This document shows positions 44,271 to 54,240 of a DNA stretch of 64,000 nt, piece after piece. This DNA comes from Mayamaea pseudoterrestris (Eukaryota). The notes under the pieces were generated by a model. It had not been told where the DNA came from. It worked only from the letters and a program-made list of their open reading frames with translations, and made no database searches. Made by a program: the position numbers and the translations under genes. The stretch's first letter is position 1. The number at the start of each line of letters is the position of its first letter. The stretch covers positions 620,001 to 684,000 of the forward strand of contig BROI01000016.1 of NCBI GenBank assembly GCA_027923505.1, written 5' to 3'.

Positions 44271-44909
44271 CAACATGGCGAATCAATTACCTTTTGGTAT
44301 ATCAATGTGGAACCTTTGTTGGAATTACGATGTTGCAACACTACTGCGTCTCCATCAAGTGGAACTACTGTGGTTGCATCTACACTAAATGGCATATCGA
44401 GCAAACAGTATTTGTAGCATGTGAATTGTCTGGTGCACCCGCTGTAGCTCCCGTCAAACTGCAATCGGCCAGGGATGCAATCGGATGTCTGCCAAGCCGC
44501 GCCAATGATAGCGTTCGCCTGTTGCGCCGGCAAATGACGTTGGTCCAACGCACCCCACCCATGCTGTCAACGATTTGTCAACCTTGCTGCCAAAAGGACC
44601 GGAATCGGAATCGGCATGAGCGCGTCGCATTTACATTGCCACGAAAGGACTCCAGGTGATTCGAGCCAAGTCGCCTCCAACACTTTTCGATCGTTCGGTT
44701 GTATCAACCTCTTGAGGCACAAAGCCTCGAAATTCCAAAGCGCGCCAATGAGAAGTAGATATAGACCATATGGTCGTCGTTGATTTGTTTCAAAGCATGA
44801 CTAATTACTCTTTACATATATCTTCATTCGTTGTGCTTCGAACGTGCACCTGCTTGCTTATCAAGGCACCCACTGACAACCCTCCTTCTTGACTTTCAAC
44901 ACACTCAAT

Positions 44910-46530
44910 TTACGTGCTCATGTACTTTGAGACATCAATTTCATCAGGGAGTGTTTCAATGTTCACCTCAAAACGGCTCTGGACCTGTGAAAGAATCTCC
45001 TGATCCTGCTCACTCGAGATAAAAGAGATACCGAGACCTTTCGTACCGAAGCGACCCGCACGCCCGACGCGATGCAAAAACTGATCACTGTCCTCTGGGA
45101 AATCGTAATTCACTACTAAATTGATACGTTCTATCTGTTCATATTAAAGGAGCAATGGGGTAGTGTGAGAAAGAGGGAGGAGGTCCCGGGTGACAGCAAT
45201 GACGACTTACATCGATTCCGCGCCCAAACAGGTCCGTCGCCACCAAAATGCGCGCGTTAAAGTCCTTAAACGACTTGTACTTGGCAATACGCTCCTCCTG
45301 GCGCATGCCGGCATGAATGCAAATGCTTGGAAAGTTGCATTCCGTCAAGAGGCGGTTCAACTCCTTGGCGCGAGCCACCTTGCTGACGAAAATGACCACC
45401 TGGTTGAACTCGAGCGCATCCAACAAGTCATTCAACTTGCGATTCTTCTCCGCCTCGTCAAGCTTGACATAGTACAATTGCAATCCATGCAACGTAAGCT
45501 TGGTTTCGTCGTCAATGTAAATCTCCATTGGATCCTGGCAAAACTTTTTGCAGACCGGACGAATCTCCTTGGACAAGGTCGCGCTAAACAACATAACTTG
45601 CTTCTCGTGCGGCGTCATGCGAAAAATCTCCTGCACATCGCGACGCATGTCGAGCGCCTCCAAGACGCGGTCGCACTCATCCAAGACAAAGTGACGAACG
45701 CTGCTCAACACCAACGTCTTTTCACGCGCCAATCCAAGAATGCGTCCAGGCGTTCCCACAATAATGGCAGGATCGTCATTCTTCAAAATGTCGCGATTCT
45801 GCTTAATGTTGACGCCTCCGTAAAAGACTGCCGTCTTGACCGTCGGCAAGTACTTGCTGAAGCGCTCATACTCGTGCGCAATCTGAAAGGCCAACTCGCG
45901 CGTGTGACACAAGACCAGCACCTGCACTCCCTTGGCGTCGGCGTTGAGCTGATGCAAGGTTGCCAAGACAAAGACTGCCGTCTTGCCCATGCCCGACTTG
46001 GCTTGACAGACAATGTCTCCGCCCAGCATGGCCTGCGGAATGGACTCGTGCTGCACCTCCGACGGATGCTCGAAACCGGCATCGACAATGGCGCGCGTGA
46101 GCTCCGGCTTGAGCAAAAAATCCTTGAATCCACTGGCGTGAATGGCAACGTAGTGGCCCTTCTTGGCGTCAGCCTTTGGAGCAGTACCAGTCTTAGTGTC
46201 CTTGACGGCGGAGACTTCCTGGTGTATTTAATGGATGGAATAATATGGAATGGATTGATAGCACAGCCGGAGCAGCAGTTTGTATCGGGCAATAGAGGTC
46301 ATTTTTGAGTGAGTCAATCGGTCGCTATGAAGAAATAGGGAAGGAGCGGCGACAAGTAAATTACGTTACTGCCCAACAGCCATCTCGAAGGGATCGTGCA
46401 GCGGCTTGATGCTGCTGCAGAAACTTGAATCTTGTATATGGAATCCTTCATTCTCTCACTGGTTCCTCGCAGGGACTAAACGCACCTCCTCCTCGTCGTA
46501 GTCGACCAAATCGTCTTCGTTATCAGCCAT
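44910..46530 (-). CDS. UAP56: DECD-box RNA helicase UAP56/SUB2 (exons 46530-46486, 46218-45211, 45134-44910)
   Basis: [15 protein letters not shown] start; [38 protein letters not shown]; all three exons join through GT-AG introns. Confidence 0.97.
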
Positions 46531-47531
46531 CGTGACTAGTGTAGTTGTATATGTATACTTGGAATCGCAAAAAGCAGGGAGCTAATGGAACGCAATTCGA
46601 GGCGCTCTTCAACGGTTGTGACTGTCATGGTCACAACTGGAGGTGCGGACGAGGGCGTTCGATGTATGCGTATTTGAGACGGTTGACGCGAGACATCGAG
46701 CGCTGACGAGTATTCAACGAGTCGGAGCGTTACTCAGGCATCTGTCACGCTTCTTCGTCCGGTTTAGCTACCCTGGACAAGCATGAAACAAGACTAACAC
46801 TCGACACCCTGCCATACTGCCGTTTCTCTAAGTCAATGGCTGTCAAGCGCCACTTTATAGGATGAGACGCCGTGCAAGAAGCAAACTTGACGTCAAAGCT
46901 GGATTGCAGGAGAAAACCTCGAGAGGTCAAGCCAAGAAACTCACTTTGCTTTCAAACGGCTCACATGTTTCCTGCCGGGGCGCGACATGCGATCGCCGCA
47001 GAGATATTGTGATCCGACAAGACGTTATTTGGGCTATGTACCCGCAGTAATGGGCAGTCAACCGACCTTAAAGACTGCTCAGCTATCTTACTCCCCAGAT
47101 GGCTTGGGATTGAGCAAGTCAGCGGCACGTGCGCCGGGGCAATTCGACCATCACGGAGGAACGAGTGATACTACGAGTGACCTCGGAAGGGATACTTTAA
47201 ACTTCATCTGCAAGTCCATCTTCAAGTGAGACTTATTCGTCGTTTGCTTTCACTGTTACGTGGCGAACGGCATGTGTCATATTCAAAGCGTTTGTCGACG
47301 AGGGCAGTGAGAAAAAGAGCCTCTCCAACTACAGGGCACTAGCGATTTGAGAACCAGTGATATGCCTATAAAATGGCATTGACATAAAGCGACATCTTGT
47401 TTGGAACGCAACTGGCCCTCGGCAATCGAACCTCTGTGCAGCCTTTGGTCGCAAAGTGGTTCCGATTTTCACTCGGGACCTTTCACAATTACCTCGATAG
47501 CGGCTTGAGCAATACGGCAACCTTAGCAACC

Positions 47532-47831
47532 ATGAGCCAGAACAACAACAGCAATGGCGTTCCTGTCAAGCCGAGAAGACCTACAGCAGTAAACCGAAGA
47601 CACGGAGTTGAGTTCAGCCTAGCTAGGACTCTCCTGTTGGACGCGCAAGACACTCCGTTCGGCGGAGCCGCAACATTGATGCCACGAGTCGGCTCCTTGA
47701 GACGCCCCAACACAAACCACGCTGCTGCAAGTAAAGTTGATCGGGCGTTTCTTCGCGCGGTGCTGACCGAGGCGCTTGAGATCCTGGGCGAGGATGGTGC
47801 AACGAATTTTGGAAGTGACAATCGAGCTTAA
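47532..47831 (+). CDS. Small hypothetical protein
   Basis: ACCATG context, upstream CTATAAAA at ~47365, amphipathic C-terminal FLRAVLTEALEIL. Confidence 0.5.
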   Translation: MSQNNNSNGVPVKPRRPTAVNRRHGVEFSLARTLLLDAQDTPFGGAATLMPRVGSLRRPNTNHAAASKVDRAFLRAVLTEALEILGEDGATNFGSDNRA

Positions 47832-48883
47832 GCAATCTCATCCGAGGGGTCTTCAAAATGACAGCATTGCGTCCTGTCTGCAAGTGGAATTATACGTCAC
47901 ACATCCAATATTTAACGCTTCAAAAGCAAGCACTCACTGTCAATACGTTTAGCTTGCTGGAAGGTAACTGCCGCCGAACTATACACTTTCGCAATCGCTT
48001 TAGCATAACATATAATATCTATTAACATTATTGGTCCGCTACAATTTTTTTGTAATCTACCATTAAGTTGAAAGTCGCGCATTTATCAACCTAATAAGCG
48101 AAGGACACTGGTGTCTACTTTTGAACCACCACTCGTCGTTGCCACTCTCTGCACTCTGCACCCAGTCGCCTCCCGAGGGGGCATCACTCGCATTGAGCGA
48201 TTGTAGCAAATGGTACACACGAGTGGTGGGAGAGCCGTTGCTCACTGTAGAAGATGCCACTTTAAGTGCCTGCCGCTTGTCGCCCACATCGGTTTCGAGA
48301 TTCCCGCCAAACTTGATCTGTAACGGATCGACTGACGCTCGTCGAGGATTGAATGCTCTGAGCGCTGTTTTTCTGGCAACTAGACGAATCCAAAATTGCA
48401 GCTACATTTGACTAAAAAGGCTGCTACTTGCGACTGATTCAAGCTACCCTTCGATAAAGCACTTGCTGTCTCTACCGGTACGGTTCGTGCTGGTGCAAGG
48501 CCTCTTACTGTTAGTCGTGCTTTTGTAGGCCAAAAGTACTCCGATAGTGATTGAAGTTCACATGCGTACCTGAGATGAAGCCTTCGTTATAACTTCGTGC
48601 GTCAGGATATGTCGACGTGTATGTTATGTATTCGAGTATCGCTGCCTTGAGCCTAAAACTGGGGCTTATCATCCTGTGAGTGATAGACAACTTCTCGCAC
48701 GCCAGCATTATTGGGCTTCGGTTTTGTCCCATTCAATGAGCCAATAGGATGTCGAGTTGTGCCAACTTTGAGCCCTTCTATCTCCATAATGGTACGTAAC
48801 GGGACCAAATCAAGTATATGAGTTGTTAGAGGATGACAAGCGCTATAAAGGTGTGGAAGGGTTTTCTCTCATTCGCTACCGAC

Positions 48884-48975
48884 ATGAAAGGCAGGTTTCG
48901 GATGGGTAGCTCCAAGTCACAGCGGTAATGAAAGGCAGGTTTCGGATGGGTAGCTCCAAGTCACAGCGGTAATGA
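48884..48975. repeat. Perfect 44-bp tandem duplication upstream of uL4m
   Basis: ATGAAAGGCAGGTTTCGGATGGGTAGCTCCAAGTCACAGCGGTA at 48884 and 48928. Confidence 0.95.
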
Positions 48976-49100
48976 CGGCGGACAGACGCTCGACGCGAGC
49001 CGCATCTACCATGAGGATTGTTTTCCGCCGACGAATTTGAGCCGACCCATCCGCCGCCTGTACCAATAGCGTTCTTTGTAGGATCAAAGCGCCACGCAGC

Positions 49101-50285
49101 ATGCTTCGATCACTCGCTAAAAAATCTCGAGGCGCATGGAAGAGTCTAGCGACTACAACGCAGCGACGACCAATCGTTTCTGTCAATCGTTGCGCCCTTG
49201 ACGTGAACTCTAGCTCGTTCAGACTACTGCGTCTACAATCTACTACATCTGCGGCAAGAGTCTCAGAGGTCCGTCATGTTGTTCCTCCAAACCTCAAGAT
49301 TGATCCGCGGTCATCCTTTGCTCCCGTGCATCCTGTAATGGTCGAGCCGCGGCTGCCTAGGGATGATGACAATGAGGAAGACCAAGCAGTTTCACCAAGG
49401 GACAAGAAGAAAACTGCCTCTGAACTTGGTAGACTCCAAGACAATGAGTCTCTTGCAGATGATGAGTCCGAGTATGAAGAAGAATATGCAGATGATGACC
49501 TTCCACTGTTTCTAGCTGCTCCGGAAATTCGCTACGCTGTTCCCCTGCCGGAGCGGCTCAACGTGACGGTCCACTCACTCTTTTCTTCTACTCCATCAAC
49601 TGCATCCGGTGCCATTTACTTGGACAAAGCTGTCTTTGGCCGCGACCCCATTCGCATTGACTTGATGAAACGCGCTGTTGACTATTATAGAGCCAAGAAG
49701 CGCGGCATGCGCAAGGCTGTCACCAAGACCATATCCCAAGTGTCCGGCAGTGGCCGCAAGATGCGACAGCAAAAGGGGACTGGCAAGGCGCGCATGGGAC
49801 ACTCGCGACCGGCCCATCATCGGGGAGGCGCCAAGGCGCATGGACCAAAGAACGTTACCGACTATGGAAACACCAAGTTGAATAAAAAGGTGCGAAAGCA
49901 AGCGTTGAGTCATGCGCTGTCGCAAAAGTTGCTGGAAGGCAACTTGGTGTTGATTAATTCATTGTTTGAACTGCCGACGCACAAGACGAAAGATTTTGCG
50001 CGGTTGCTGCAGCCGTGGGGAATTGGAGGACGACATGGAACGACGGCGCTCATTTTGGACTGCTACCATGCCGATAAGCAAGTTGATGCTGCAGTCACAG
50101 CCACTCCGCCACCGGTTTCATTCAAGGGTGTTCCGGCAAATGTGGTGGTTGCGTCATCAAATATGCACAATGTCACGGTTGGAAATGATCACCAGGGCAG
50201 CGTTTATGATATTTTAAAGCACGAAAAATTGGTGCTGACATTGGCAGCGCTCGAAAAACTAGAAGCTAGGTTGAAAGATATTTAA
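49101..50285 (+). CDS. MRPL4: Mitochondrial ribosomal protein uL4m
   Basis: VSGSGRKMRQQKGTGKARMG...RGGAKAHGPK, KLNKKVRK.AL, VYDILKHEKLVLT; Arg/Ser-rich N-terminal presequence. Confidence 0.92.
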   Translation: MLRSLAKKSRGAWKSLATTTQRRPIVSVNRCALDVNSSSFRLLRLQSTTSAARVSEVRHVVPPNLKIDPRSSFAPVHPVMVEPRLPRDDDNEEDQAVSPRDKKKTASELGRLQDNESLADDESEYEEEYADDDLPLFLAAPEIRYAVPLPERLNVTVHSLFSSTPSTASGAIYLDKAVFGRDPIRIDLMKRAVDYYRAKKRGMRKAVTKTISQVSGSGRKMRQQKGTGKARMGHSRPAHHRGGAKAHGPKNVTDYGNTKLNKKVRKQALSHALSQKLLEGNLVLINSLFELPTHKTKDFARLLQPWGIGGRHGTTALILDCYHADKQVDAAVTATPPPVSFKGVPANVVVASSNMHNVTVGNDHQGSVYDILKHEKLVLTLAALEKLEARLKDI

Positions 50286-50643
50286 TCAATTGATGCATTG
50301 CCTTGGTTATATGTTGAATGATTATGTTGCTTTAAACGAGACAAAAAATAGGGGTGAGAAAAAAGCATAGTCACTTGTAGGATATTGGCGTACTGCGATG
50401 GTCTGATGGAAGGGGAGAAAAGGAATCGAGTGAACTTTTGACCAGCCGCAGAATTGTCCATGTATCACAAATATTACAATAGCTGGACTCAATGATTGCG
50501 GCGCGCAAGGAAAGAGGAGTGAAAGAATGTGAGGCAAAGACGCGGAGCGAGAACCAAACTTTAAACAAATTGAACGGCACGATCTCGAAAATGAACCCCG
50601 AATGACATGAGCGACCGAAATTACCTCGCCCTACCATCATTCA

Positions 50644-53304
50644 TCAATGCGTTCCCTCTGCCATGAGCTCATGCTTGCGTCTCCGCAAGTCAACCAGTTG
50701 GCCAACAGATTCGGTCAACTTTTCGTGCACAACGTCGCGACGAGCGGCCAGCGAGACAACGTCTTGGTCAAGTGCACGCGAAAGGGCCATCTTTTCTGCC
50801 AGCTCGGGCTCCGCTTGCGCAAGCAACTGCTCCGTCTCGTCAAGCTCTTTCGTCTGGATCGCCAATTCGTCGCGTTGCTTTGCAACCAGGTTTTGAAAAT
50901 GCAGAAGAGTGGACTTTCGTTCAAGTTCCTTGCGCCGTTGTAACAGCTCGTCGCGTGATGGGGCAGATGGTGGAGGAATTGCTGCTGCTGCTGCCGCCGC
51001 GACTGCTGATACAGCAAACGTTTCGTGACTGCTCGGTTCCTGCACATTACAGTTGTCGATGACATGCGCCGCTTCATTACCAGTCGATTTCTCCGTTACA
51101 TCAGATGTATTACGCTCTGTGAGACGACGACGCTTCTCTTTGGCACGGGCGAGTGCATTCTCAAGTTCCAATTTGCGCTTGAGGAGCAGTTCGTGCGATG
51201 CGTCCTTAGCATTCGGTTTTGCGGCTGGAAGGAGTTTGGCGACTTCAAGAAAGCAAGTCTTTTCGTCCGTCGTGTCAATGTTCTTGATAAGCAGCGAGTC
51301 CGTCGATCCTCGCAACGATTTGTACTTGGAATGATCAGGCGTCGACAGGAGCTGTTTGCGATCCAGTGACATCTTCCGAGCTTGAAGAAATTGTTTCTTC
51401 TCCTGGAGCGCCTCTCGTAACTTGGCCTGTGCCTTGGCAAGCTCCGCCTTTGCCATTGAGCGGTTGGTAGTCGACATTATATTTGGCTTGGGAGGCTCAT
51501 TGCCACTTCTTGAGGCAGCAGCAGCAGATGTGTCCGTCTCAGCAGCATCAAAAGTAGAATTCAATTGAACATTGCTGCCGAGAATCCGCTTTTCACGAAT
51601 AGACGCATTGTCCAAGGATACGTGCTTGACCGAATCACTACTTTTCAAAATATTGGATTTGCTTCGATGTTGCAGAGTAATGTCGTCAATGGCAGGGCAG
51701 CTACTTGCTGTTGCCACTGGCGCATTCAATGACGTACAAGCCCGCTTGGCGTCCAAATACCAGCGTTTCTTCTTGAACTGCAGCTTGTGTGGCGCGTTGC
51801 GGATAACGGCAGCCGCTAGATCCGCCAAGATTTCAACATCCTTTGGCACTGGATGATTCAACGTATTGACATTGGAAAGCCGAAACGTGTCCAAAGCGTG
51901 CTGGACCTGGCTTTTGTAATCGTCCTTTCGATGCTCGATGCACTCAAACACAATATCCTCCAATTGCTGCAAGTGCACTTGATCCACCGAGCATGAATCG
52001 TTCCGCTCATGCGCCGTCGACGCGGGCAAATTGCTCGTCGCGACCGATGCTTGCTCCATTGTGACTGCAGCGGTCTGCTTTGAATCGTCAAGTAGAGGTT
52101 CATCAGCGTCAAGAAATTGCAGTGGATCATTCGTAACGGCAATGTCGTCACGTTTGCTCAATTCGGCGGCATGCTGAACATGTAGCTGTTGCTTCTGCGG
52201 CGGTACAATAACACTCGCGTCGTTCACCGTTTCGCTCCCTCGAGTTGCCGCATTGCCCAGCGGGCTTTTCAATGGGCCTTGATTCGTCAATGGTGTTGAC
52301 GCTGCTCGCTCTCGCCGTTTCTTCCCCGAGCGACGCGTCTTTTTCTTCTTGCCAATGCTTGTCGTTTTCGACGCATAACTTGGTACTGGCGGTGGCGACA
52401 AAGTGGAGCTGGCTGAGAGTGATTGCTGCTGCTTCGGCAAGGGCGGTTGCTTTGGTAGTACTTCTTCCTTGTTTACAATGGAGTGACCAATGGCTTCAAC
52501 GCTAGAACAAGGGCCAATGATAGGTTTTGGAGGAGTCGGCAGTGAAAGTGGTAGGGGAAAGCCTAGATAATAACTATTAGTGGCAGAAGAATGGGGCTGC
52601 CATCTTGATTCGTTTGGTGGCGGCGGCGGCAAGAGCTGCTGCATCGTTGCAGCAGTCGAAGGAAGAGCTTGATGTAACGGAGCAGGCACTGTAGAAGAAT
52701 TTGGAGGTAGTTGCATGGAATGATTCAATTTATGTTCGTCCGGATGGTTCGCTTGATGAAAGGCCGCGTTGTGGCTCGTTGCTGCTGCAGCAGCAGGAGG
52801 CGGAGGCGGCAACCAGCTACTTGCAGATGGATGCGGCGGCGGAGGAGGCGTGTAGCGAGAAGGAGGAGGATGCTGAGCATTGATTTGAACTGATGATGCA
52901 TGAGACGTTCCTGCATGGCTGTTCCAAGGCACAGTGCTTGTTGGTAGTGCTGGAGGTATATTAGTTCGTGCCGTTGCCTGATGCTGCGCGTGATGCGGCT
53001 GCACTGGATGCTGGATCGCTTGGTATGCAGCATTATGGTAAGAATGGTGAAGATTCTGCTGCTGCTGCGGATGATGATACTGTAAAGGCTGCTGTTGTCG
53101 CTGCAATGCATTGTAATTGCCATGCTGAAATGACTGCTGCTGCTGAAATGGCTGCTGTGACGACCCGTAAAAACCATTTGAAGACGCTCCTTCAACCGCG
53201 CTTGCTCCTTGAGAATAATTAAAGGTTCCATTCCAAGCTTGCGGAGGCGGCGGCGGAGGTGGAGCTTGCTGCTCTTGCCATTCTCGGCCGTTCCAAATCA
53301 TCAT
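50644..53304 (-). CDS. Hypothetical protein: Pro/Gln/His-rich N-terminus, basic NLS-like stretch, C-terminal coiled coils
   Basis: ~886-codon ORF from ATG 53304; KKKKTRRSGKKRRER; heptad-like C-terminus. Confidence 0.75.
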   Translation of the reverse strand: MMIWNGREWQEQQAPPPPPPPQAWNGTFNYSQGASAVEGASSNGFYGSSQQPFQQQQSFQHGNYNALQRQQQPLQYHHPQQQQNLHHSYHNAAYQAIQHPVQPHHAQHQATARTNIPPALPTSTVPWNSHAGTSHASSVQINAQHPPPSRYTPPPPPHPSASSWLPPPPPAAAAATSHNAAFHQANHPDEHKLNHSMQLPPNSSTVPAPLHQALPSTAATMQQLLPPPPPNESRWQPHSSATNSYYLGFPLPLSLPTPPKPIIGPCSSVEAIGHSIVNKEEVLPKQPPLPKQQQSLSASSTLSPPPVPSYASKTTSIGKKKKTRRSGKKRRERAASTPLTNQGPLKSPLGNAATRGSETVNDASVIVPPQKQQLHVQHAAELSKRDDIAVTNDPLQFLDADEPLLDDSKQTAAVTMEQASVATSNLPASTAHERNDSCSVDQVHLQQLEDIVFECIEHRKDDYKSQVQHALDTFRLSNVNTLNHPVPKDVEILADLAAAVIRNAPHKLQFKKKRWYLDAKRACTSLNAPVATASSCPAIDDITLQHRSKSNILKSSDSVKHVSLDNASIREKRILGSNVQLNSTFDAAETDTSAAAASRSGNEPPKPNIMSTTNRSMAKAELAKAQAKLREALQEKKQFLQARKMSLDRKQLLSTPDHSKYKSLRGSTDSLLIKNIDTTDEKTCFLEVAKLLPAAKPNAKDASHELLLKRKLELENALARAKEKRRRLTERNTSDVTEKSTGNEAAHVIDNCNVQEPSSHETFAVSAVAAAAAAAIPPPSAPSRDELLQRRKELERKSTLLHFQNLVAKQRDELAIQTKELDETEQLLAQAEPELAEKMALSRALDQDVVSLAARRDVVHEKLTESVGQLVDLRRRKHELMAEGTH

Positions 53305-53635
53305 TTTGCTGAAGGAGCCAGTGATTGTCAAGGATAAAAACAGACGGAACGCAGCAGCAGTTCTCAGTGCTAGCAAGTTCAAGGTAAAGCAGCTTATCGT
53401 CTCTCGGTATCAGTATTATTTGAGCATTATCAAGCAAGTCAATCTGCGTCATGAAGCGAACGCGCGCGCATTTTTTTCGCCATGGTCGACCGATGCGTCG
53501 TCACGAAAGCTGGGAAGCGAAGAACGGACGGACGAGTACCGGTACGTCAGCTAGCGTTCATGTCGCAGTGGTCGTGCGACGTTTGGCGGCGCGGCACGAT
53601 GCACAATTCCTACGACGTAGACTGTCTTTCTAGGC

Positions 53636-54240
53636 ATTGCCACCTTAAGACTACGGTAGGTATAAGTGAGGTATATAAGACATTCAATTTTCTTAAACTT
53701 ATGTTCTCCCAACAAAACAGGAGTAGGTATGCTGTATGCCATGCAACTGTATGTCATGCAGCAGCAGCAGCGGTACCACACAAAGAACTCTGGACATCCC
53801 CATCAGCATTGCCACGTTCAACCAAGGTATTGGTTAGGTCCATCAATCTCTACACCTGGCAGTTGTGCGTACATCTCAAGTTTTGAGGATAGAACTGATA
53901 GCTTCCACATAGCCAAGTATCATGCCGCCACACCGCGCCACATCACACCAATAGTTACTCTGGACATCCCCATCAATTGCAAAAAATTGCCACCATGGGC
54001 CAAGATATAATGAGGCCAACTAGCCAAAACTTACCTGGCAAAGCTCAAGTATTTGCAAAGTTGTGGGAGTAGATGTGCCAAATAGAAAAGAAGCTCTGTT
54101 TACAATCCACACCAATCAAACTATGGCCCTGATGGTCGTTTTAGCCATTGCCACCTTTAGACTAGTTATAAATGAAATACTATGAGACATACAATTTAGA
54201 TCAACTCATGTTTTCCCAATGAAACAGGAGTAGATATATA
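53636..54240. repeat. Degenerate repeat zone with ~170-bp periodicity bordering satellite A
   Basis: ATTGCCAC at 53636, 53808, 53986, 54147; ACTCTGGACATCCCCATCA twice 170 bp apart; a ~95-bp block ending ACAGGAGTAG repeated at ~511 bp. Confidence 0.65.

Noticed and set aside
45190..46308. 372-aa plus-strand ORF
   Set aside because: Antisense shadow of the highly codon-biased UAP56 exon 2.
46219..46485. Intronic snoRNA in UAP56 intron 1
   Set aside because: No RUGAUGA/CUGA box pair or convincing H/ACA layout found by eye.
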